DNA of 64,000 nt. Origin: Octopus bimaculoides. Lineage: Eukaryota. The stretch lies in NCBI RefSeq assembly GCF_001194135.2, contig NC_068993.1, forward strand, positions 2,125,622 to 2,189,621, read 5' to 3'. Every line of letters starts with the position of its first letter. The first letter of the stretch is position 1. The notes beneath the pieces are model-generated. The model saw nothing but the letters and a program-made list of their open reading frames with translations. It had not been told where the DNA came from and did no database searches. A program made the position numbers and the translations under genes. This document shows, in pieces, positions 55,050 through 64,000 of the stretch.

Positions 55050-55400
55050 CATAAATGTGAAACAAAGTGGAAAAAAGAGTACTCAAATACCAGAGGTAGA
55101 GTAATATACTTTTATTTAAAAGCAGCAAAAATATAACAAAAGCTGTTACTCAGAGTTTCACGTTCCCGTTCGTCGGACAGGTTTTGTAAATAGAACAGAA
55201 ATAACGATATAGTCAAAACTAGTTAAAGGACAGACCTTTAAAAATAGAGTCTTTCTCGGGATTTACACCTGAAGCCTACCCAACAACCGTTTGCGACTGC
55301 AAGGCAGTGGAGGCTCAGAATTAAAGAGTATACATCGGCGCGTGTGTTTAGCTTGCTTTCTGCTGTATATATAGACATTGTTTCAACATCCATTGTGAAT
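55050..55400 (-). mobile_element. Penelope pLTR/retrozyme-like segment (hammerhead followed by AATAAA); boundaries uncertain
   Basis: Hammerhead-like motif at 55137-55186, AATAAA at 55111-55116 on the minus strand, ends at a (TA)n tract. Confidence 0.35.
55137..55186 (-). ncRNA. Minimal type I hammerhead-like motif with U4C core variant
   Basis: Minus strand: caaaa-c-ctgt CCGACGA acg(ggaa)cgt GAAA ctc-t-gag UA acag-c-ttttg. Stem I 4+5 bp, stem II 3 bp, quasi-palindromic stem III ACTCTGAGT, GUA triplet. Confidence 0.6.
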
Positions 55401-57274
55401 GATGAAGCGGATTAATTAATATCTGAAATTTCTGTAACAACAATAAAGCTTCTGATCACCTGTTGAATGTTCAATTCACACAAAAGCGCTCACACATACA
55501 CAAGCACACACACACGCATACATACATACATACATACATACATACTCACAAACATATTTACGCTGTACGAAATCATTTTCCACATTTTGCTATAATTCCT
55601 TCATAATATTCTCCTAAAAGAAATAAGCAAACATCAAAATATGCAACTAATACGACGATAAATGCAAATATTCGACTCGGACTGGAACGACGAAATGATA
55701 TTTCTCTGATACATGCGTGTGTATGTGATATTACAAGGTAGCAATAAAATACAACATTATTTAGGTATTTTAAGGACAAACACTATACAGATATAATAAT
55801 ACACCATGAAGAACATAACAAATGTCTTTTCTCTTGTTTTATTGTTTTATTCATTGATCTGCTATGGCACATTTGTAAAAGTATTTGCCAAGATAGTTGA
55901 AACTTCTTGAAACTCACTCACACTGCATAATTCTCCCTCGTTTTTACCATTCATTCATATACAAAACGTGTCCCTTCTATCCCCCGCTTCTCCCACATTT
56001 CCCCCCTCTCTACGCATATTACCTTACCTTTCAGCATTCAATTGTCTCTATCTCTCTGCTCTCCTCTCTCTCCAACCAAGCGCACACGCACTTACACACA
56101 CAAACACAGACACACATACTTACATACACACACACACACATCTATTGTGTTTGGCTGTTTTTGTCGTTCTACCTTTCACTTGACTTCTCTGGTAACATAG
56201 AAATTGGAATTGAATATAAATATTTTCTTACGATAGCTGCAAAATATTTAGAATAAAACCATTCCTTAAATAAATAAAAGATTTGTAAATATATTCCTGT
56301 GGAGGTGTCTACACATGCCTGTGTGCGTGCATGCGTAAAAGCCAGGATGTACATAAATGTCTATGTGTGTGTGTGTGTGTGTGATCAACATACATGTAAC
56401 ATGTAAAATATAGAAACACATTGTGTCTTACTAAATTATGTATGCATATATATACATATATATGTATAGATAGGAGATGTACTTGCATAGCAAGTGACCT
56501 GACCTGAGATCGTGTGCTGGAACGAAAACAATTGCAGCGTGGAGGGTGTTTATAAGCCATTTAAGAAACACACAAAAACCGTTATATTCACTTCAACATT
56601 TAAACTTAATTTTTGTCAAAGCGACGAAAATATTCTGACACAAATTAAATTTGCATGCTTAAAAATGCCCATTGTCCACAATACGAGATATTTCAAACAA
56701 AAGATGAAACCAGTCGCATTTTAATTTATATTTTTATCTTCGAATCACCACCAGAAAGTTTGGATTCCAGATTTTACCATTTTAGTGATTCTAAATGATT
56801 TAAAACCTGCAACAACTTCCATTTAGCAACAGAAGTGCTAAATACAGCATCAACGATTAAAATTTGTTGAGATCGTGCTCTAGTCACTGATTAAACATGG
56901 TTTTATACTCACCACGTGATCCGTACATCGCGAACAGTTGCATTTGGTGAGTTATATATAAATAAATAGACTTTTGCAGTTGTAGCAAAATTTTAAACTA
57001 TACTTTTTCTATTCCTTTTAATTGTTCCACAAATGTTTGTATTTCCTCAATATCCAATGTAGTTTATTGTACTATTCAGCTGTGCATGAATATGATTTGG
57101 AGCTCTCTCTAATTCCTAATATAAAGCTGTGTCTTGATTATTTCTTGTAGGATGTATAACATTTCCATTTGAGCTTGCGTATAATGTCACTCGTAATAAA
57201 TGCAACATAAGTGAGGCACACGAATCAAATATAACGTTACCAGATTATTCAGCGTTACGAAGTTAAATTTTGGT

Positions 57275-57490
57275 TTCAACTTATGACAAAAGAGTAGCAA
57301 CTTCGAGGTGGGTTTAAGTCGATTACATCAAGCCCAGTGCAAAACTGGTACTTATTTTATCGAACCAGAACGGATGAATGGCAAAAGTGACTTCAGCGGA
57401 ATTTGAAATCAAAACGTAAGAAAGACCGAAATGTCGCTAAGTATTTTTTTTTTGCTCGGCGTGCTAATGAATCTGCCAGCACCCCGCCTT
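57275..57490 (-). mobile_element. tRNA-derived SINE, Nin/Deu-domain type
   Basis: aagtcgattacatc...ctggtacttattttatcg...ggaatttgaaatcaaaacgtaag...cggcgtgctaatgaatctgccagc. Confidence 0.8.
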
Positions 57491-59934
57491 TACGAAGCTA
57501 AATATCAAAGCTATATTCAATAAAAAAAGCAAACAAAATTAAGCAAAGAGAAAACTAGAATGAATATACTGAAAGCCACTTGAATATTTTATTGAATAGC
57601 AGCTGCACAAGAGATCATATCACTACTTACTTCCAACAATTTCTGGTTGATAATTTAGACGAATAAGGAAACAAAGCCAAATAGATAACTGCTGGTTGAG
57701 AAAAATACGACAAACAACTAATGAGAGAGAGAAAGAAAGAAAGAGAGAGAGAGAGAGAGCGAAATGAGGGAGGGGTAGAGATGGGTGGAGAGAGGGAGGG
57801 GTTGGTGGAGAGAGAGAGAGAGAGAGTATGTGTGTGTGTTTTATAAATTTTCTTGAATCGAACTTCTCTCACTAATTGCTAAATTCCTTAAACTCTGAGT
57901 CTCAGAATTCCATGCTGTTCTATCTTATCAACGAACATTTACTCGTGAAAAATTACTTTTCTTCATAAAAGGTGTTTTATTTTTGTGAATGGTGATAATA
58001 AATCGCGCATTATTTTTATTATAAATCGTCGTTTGTGTCAGACATATTAAAAAATCAAACAAACATGCCATAATCGTTCGATGCCAGTTCCATTTCGCTT
58101 CCAATTCAGCAAATTGAAGTTGAAAGTGTAAAGCTATTCTCCAAATTGATTCTGTTTAGATCTGCTGATCATTTTTATTTCTTACAATCTCCATTTCTCT
58201 CTTATTAGTTTTTTTTTCATTCTTCTTACCACAACCGAATTATTGCGTTGGCTTTCTTTCGAAATTTGCTTGGAATTTCTTCTGATGGGAATCCAATAGT
58301 CAAACAATAATCAAGAGAACAAATAATTTCTGAAATTTTCCTCATTTCAAATCCTTTGGGAAATATTTCCAAGATCAAATCTTCACATAATCAGTTATTT
58401 TATGAAAGAACTACTTTTGTCTAGATATAAAATGAAAACTGTTTTTCTATTTTCGTTGTTTTTCTCCGTTTGAATATATCTGATTGTCTTATTAAAAGTA
58501 AAGGAGAGAAGATAAAAATAAATATTAACAAAAACAGATATTTAATGAAATATAACAAAAATGTGTCTTAACAATGGTTTCATCTGCCAAATTGCAATTG
58601 GTAAAATAGAATTTCGAATATTTGCATATTGGAAAATATTTTATCGCAAAATTCTTTGTTTATAAATTACGAAATAGTATGATGCAGCTACATATAAGAA
58701 GAATCAATTATTCCTCTCCAACAAGCATGATATACAGACAAACAGTAAAATAAAAACAACCTTCCTTTCAATAGTAGGGCAATTGTGCTTTGTTGGTGAT
58801 TGAGTAGGAAACAGAATTACGTAAATGAGTAGGTCACTGAATCTCTTTTTGAGAACAACAAATCTTTTAATAATTCCACAACCACCCAACTTTCTTCACT
58901 ATATTCCTTGTATAATCTGTACAATATTTCGAAAGGAGAATATTATTAATATCAGAAACAAAAACTAGAAACACACCAAACGTCGGGGACAACAAAAAAT
59001 AAGAAATCGAATACGACTGATTTTTATGCTATTTATGACAAAACTGCAGAGTTCTGAAAGGTACAGTGGTTGTGTCAATAAAAGTGCTTTGTATTTTATA
59101 TTTCAATGCAGTAAACGTTGATGCAATGACGAATAATGATTGCTCCTTGCATGACCAACGTTGTCTGTTTCTGTGACAAAGCATAAGATTAACGATTTTA
59201 GCGAACTTCTATTAGTGATCATTAACCTCAGCTTCGCCCTGTTTATCAAATATCATCTAAATAGTGCTGGTTGTCACACGGCGCTTATAACGGGACAAAA
59301 TTATCCTCTAGCATCTTATAAGTCATCTATTTAAGATCGTACGCCATATATTGAGGATCATTTGGTAGCTATTTCTTGTAGGTTCAGCTACAAATTATTG
59401 ATTCGGAAGGCATGTTTACTATTTTATATATAAGAAATACGCTGTTAACTGACATAGTGGAAATCATTCTCCTCAGCATGTCAAGGCGTTGGAATCGTCT
59501 CAAAATAATTTTTCTTCTATGTCCGGGGTAGCTTCTCTTATGTTGTACACGATTTGATATCTGATACCTTTGCAAAACGGACTCTTCTAATTATATTTAC
59601 ACTGATTAATGATAATCAGATAAGGTCTTGCTTGAAGCTAGTTACATTCATCAACTTGTCTAAGATTTGAGGAATCACCGACAAAGCACAGAAAAACTAA
59701 AACAAAAAGTAAATAAAGAAAACGTGTTTCCTGTCGCACAGCAGATCGGTGTCCTCCCATTACTGTCTTTTTCTTTGTTTCTTTGAACAATTTTTGGTGA
59801 TGTTAAATCGAAAGAGATTTTTAGATCGTTGCTTAACCCTCCTGTATTTCATGGAAGCAAGAGAATATGGGTGCTTTATCATAACTTGCTTACAGTATTC
59901 CATAGTTTATTTCTAGTCACAGATAAGTAGACAT

Positions 59935-60030
59935 CAATATTTAGCTGGTATTTTATCAAAGCGCGCAGGGAACATAAAAGACAAAATTGACATCGGAGGA
60001 GTTTGAACCAGGGGCGCAAATAGCATCACA
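59935..60030 (-). mobile_element. Decayed Nin/Deu-type SINE fragment
   Basis: gctggtattttatcaaagcgcgcagggaacataaaagacaaaattgacatcggaggagtttgaacc. Confidence 0.5.
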
Positions 60031-61061
60031 TTAACTGCACGACAGACAAATTTCTCTTTGGCTTGATGAGAATTAAATCTAACTGAATTGGTAGATCAGT
60101 GGATTCAATAAATTTCGTTATTGCACCCATGGTTCCATCTGCAAAATTCCAGCAGCTGTCCAGAGATGTTCTATAAGGTACTTATGTTGTGCATTTATAA
60201 ACAATCAATATTGTTACAGACGTGGGTGTTTCGACATGCATGGTAAAGTAGAAAAAAGATATAAAACGTTAATAATGTTTACTTTTATTTTAGCAATAAT
60301 CTGAAACCTAATCCAGCCGGGAGAAATTTTAACTTAAACTGTAATATACAAGGGAAATGTTATTAAAATATACCTCACTCTCCAGGAAATAGCTTCTCTG
60401 AAACAATGAAAAATGAATTTTTATATGGCAGACGGCAGTATCCCAGCAGAGCCCACATCTCAATTTTGATCTATATTGCAGTTGTTTGACTAAAACTCTT
60501 GAGATAGGCATGGCCATCATACAACCTCATCATATATTCTCATATAAAGCTAGAACCTCTTTGTTTAAACAAGAAAACAATATTTCGAAAAAATAATACA
60601 GTTTCGTTTCAAACCAATTTTATTTCATTCCTTTTTACACGCAGATCACAATGGAATAAGAATCACCACAAGCATCAACACCGATACCAACCTCCTCTCC
60701 ACACCCATTAACAACAATACGACAGCAACAATAATAATAATGTTTGCATCAAAAGCTAAAGTCTGGCTACATGAACATTTATGTAGTTGTGAAAATATGC
60801 TTCCTATGCTCTTTTATGGTTGTACAATATCGACATAAATATAAAGGTCTGTATTTTAGGAAGTGTTAGTTTGACTGCGATAACATATCAGATTAGCAAC
60901 CTATTCTGTCGATACTTTGAAACAGATTTCCAAACTCTATCACCCGCCCTTTCTATGCTTCTACGCTATCACTTTATCTACAATCAATCTCTTTTTTTTC
61001 ACTCAAATATACACAAACATATAGAACTATGTAACACCTTCATATATACATTTTAGTGCGA

Positions 61062-61095
<34 letters not shown>

Positions 61096-61468
61096 NNNNN
61101 NNNNNNNNNNNNNNNNNNNNNNNNNNNNNNNNNNNNNNNNNNNNNNNNNNNNNNNNNNNNNNNNNNNNNNNNNNNNNNNNNNNNNNNNNNNNNNNNNNNN
61201 NNNNNNNNNNNNNNNNNNNNNNNNNNNNNNNNNNNNNNNNNNNNNNNNNNNNNNNNNNNNNNNNNNNNNNNNNNNNNNNNNNNNNNNNNNNNNNNNNNNN
61301 NNNNNNNNNNNNNNNNNNNNNNNNNNNNNNNNNNNNNNNNNNNNNNNNNNNNNNNNNNNNNNNNNNNNNNNNNNNNNNNNNNNNNNNNNNNNNNNNNNNN
61401 NNNNNNNNNNNNNNNNNNNNNNNNNNNNNNNNNNNNNNNNNNNNNNNNNNNNNNNNNNNNNNNNNNNN

Positions 61469-61518
<50 letters not shown>

Positions 61519-62110
61519 GCTCACATTCATACATATACATTTATCTACGCAAACGCACATGCAGGCATACATAGGCACCCATATAATATCGATTTGTATA
61601 TTTGGATGACACTATGAGAGTATTTTTTTCTTATTTTCACATATGTTAAGAATAATTGTTTTGCTTTGATGTCAGCTTTTGCAAAGGTAATGCAACCATA
61701 TTATGATGAATAAAAGACAAACGGTCTCAGGAGTGAAAGAACGGGAAAGCAATGTGTATGGAAGAAAGCCTGGAACATAAATTGAAAATTCGGATAACAA
61801 TATCGAAATAAGGAACTGGTATTAGAAAACAAACAAGGACACAGTAAAAAATAATGAAATATACTTTAACCAAACAACTCAAATAATACACAAACACACA
61901 CATGCACACAGACACACACACGCACGCGCGCGCCCACCATTACATCAATTGAAAGGGGACACAAGAGAATTTCTTTACATAACCGATTATATTATTTCAC
62001 AAGTCACACTTTTTCCTGTGTTTAATAGTCAGTTTAATGAGCTTTATAACAATTTGTAATCAAAATGTTGGAGGGGGGGATTCAACTTTCTTAATTTTGT
62101 AAATGTACCA

Positions 62111-62139
62111 CTACTACTACTATTACTACTACTACTACA

Positions 62140-62196
<57 letters not shown>
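62111..62196. repeat. (CTA)n-(ATT)n microsatellite
   Basis: Direct reading. Confidence 0.95.
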
Positions 62197-62197
<1 letters not shown>

Positions 62198-63939
62198 GGA
62201 ATTCCTGCTATGCGGTTGGTCTCATACTACATTTATTAGATTTTATCACTTTTAAAGCCCTTCATTTTAATTACATACTTTGCTAGTGAAATTGATTCGA
62301 TGAAGAAATCAATATACCTGTTAAACATTCATCGATCCGAATTTTATTATTTTGTTTGAAGTATTTTGTCTCTACTCATGTAACAAAATATTCAGCTCTT
62401 GAGACCCCGTCTGTGTTATAGTCTCCCCTCTACATATTACCGACTTTTATTTCATAAAATTGCTTTTCTTATTTCAAATGTTTCCTTCGTATGAGATTCT
62501 TCCTTGCGCTAAACTTTATGTTACATTTTGGGAGGGCCATTTTGCCAATAAGAAATACACGCACGTGTGTTTGTGTGTGTTTTTCTTATTAATGAAAGAA
62601 TCTCTGCAACGTGCAAGAATATCTGACTCAACTTGTGATTTCATATTAAAGCTCTAACGAAAAACACATACGAAAACCGAAATAAATGTTATACAAATTA
62701 TACGTACAAAGCAGACGTGTAAACGCTGGTTTATACTGGTTGATACACCCTAAACACTTTCAAAGAATTGGAATAATTCATTTTCACAGATGTTCAAGTT
62801 CCATCGGGTGCATGGTTGACCGTGCTTGTCAAAGGGTTTCATGATGCATATAAGCGATGTGAGGATATTCGATCGTATTTCATTCATGCGAGTATTCCTC
62901 TCTGAAATGTTTTATGACAAGCAGAGAATAGTTCGTGTATACCCATTTGGAATAGGTTAGTGGAGCTCACATGATTTTAATCTGTTCTTAAGTACTCGAG
63001 CCGTAACGTATTTTGTTCATGGCACACGACCGACGCTTCTCGCTTTTGATTTCGAAGATATGGCCTCTCGCAACATTGCCTGGAGGCAATCATCAGTTGA
63101 GCACGGTTATTGACGAAGACTTTGTTTGAATGATATCACAGAAATCTGACGCCCTGTTGCTAGAATGTTTTTATCTCATCAATTTTATAAATGCGAAGAC
63201 GTCTGGTCGACGGACGTTCTTTATAAGACGGTTTAGTACGCTTTGACGCTTTGTCATAACTAAAAAGTTGACCTTTCTTCATTCGGATATTAACTCGATA
63301 TCTCGTTTAGAATGTCTGTTTTAAAAATAGTGTTAAGACTTCTTCCACTGAAGAACCTCAAATAATTTTATTTGTTACCATATTTGATTTAGGGTAATCA
63401 AATATATTTTAAACTTCATCTTTCTCTTTTAGGAAATTCAAGATGGATATTGGAGTCTTTCTTGAAGATATTAACATTTTCAAATTTTAAAATGCATAAG
63501 TCTGTCCATAACAACAATTAAGTAACAAAAATTTGTTATATTAATCTCTAATATGAAGAAACTAACTACACCTTTTTTTAAAAAGCTGTATACTGTAAAT
63601 CTGAATTAACACAAAAATATCACCACGGGAACATAGCATCTTTTCTAATTATAGCAATCATTAGAAGAATGTTAACTCACCATGTATAGCTCGTTTGCCT
63701 AGTGGACATTTATCAGCAACAAACTAAATGAAACGAAGCAGAAGGAATGAATTAGTAGACACTTTCATGTCCTTTAATTCGAACGTACCACAGTAGTCAC
63801 CATATGCAAATAGATTTTGAGGTTCCCAATGAAATTCGTAGTAATGATATAATAATTGCTCCGAGTTAATAAATTAATCCAGATATTTGCATGTAAGTAT
63901 ATGAATATTTATGCATAAATACACATCCACATATGTGTA

Positions 63940-63979
<40 letters not shown>

Positions 63980-64000
63980 CACATACACGCACACACATAA

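Noticed and set aside
56270-57000. Segment that looks like an interspersed repeat
   Set aside because: No TIR, TSD, second copy or coding motif demonstrable within the window
62790-62900. Possible plus-strand exon DVQVPSGAWLTVLVKGFHDAYKR
   Set aside because: No recognisable homology or partner exons; weak donor evidence
63040-63105. Minus-strand CUGAUGA followed by perfect ttgcc/ggcaa hairpin
   Set aside because: GAAA does not follow the hairpin; no hammerhead topology
1-64000. CRISPR arrays, rRNA, genuine tRNA genes
   Set aside because: Eukaryotic context; no repeat-spacer arrays; tRNA-like segments are SINE heads lacking full cloverleaf 3' ends

Overview
AT-rich, microsatellite-dense eukaryotic DNA from a gapped short-read scaffold, with 10 N-gaps, nearly all abutting simple repeats. 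The interspersed repeats resemble, from my recall, octopus tRNA-derived SINE families, so the source is most likely a coleoid cephalopod (inference). I find no confidently supported host protein-coding gene. The supplied ORFs are microsatellite or low-complexity read-throughs or decayed TE pieces, so the window looks intergenic or intronic. Recognisable content: three SINE types in many copies; remnants of two Tc1-like elements and one mariner; a Penelope-like RT fragment; an R4/Dong-like RLE 3' end; and heavily decayed CR1-, L1- and piggyBac-like fragments. The most notable signal is three sequence-unrelated type I hammerhead-ribozyme motifs, all on the minus strand (21341-21418, 39063-39107, 55137-55186). 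The first has an intact catalytic core with three well-formed stems and lies 12 bp from a 200-bp fold-back inverted repeat (21431-21631). All folds and translations were done by eye; no database searches were run.
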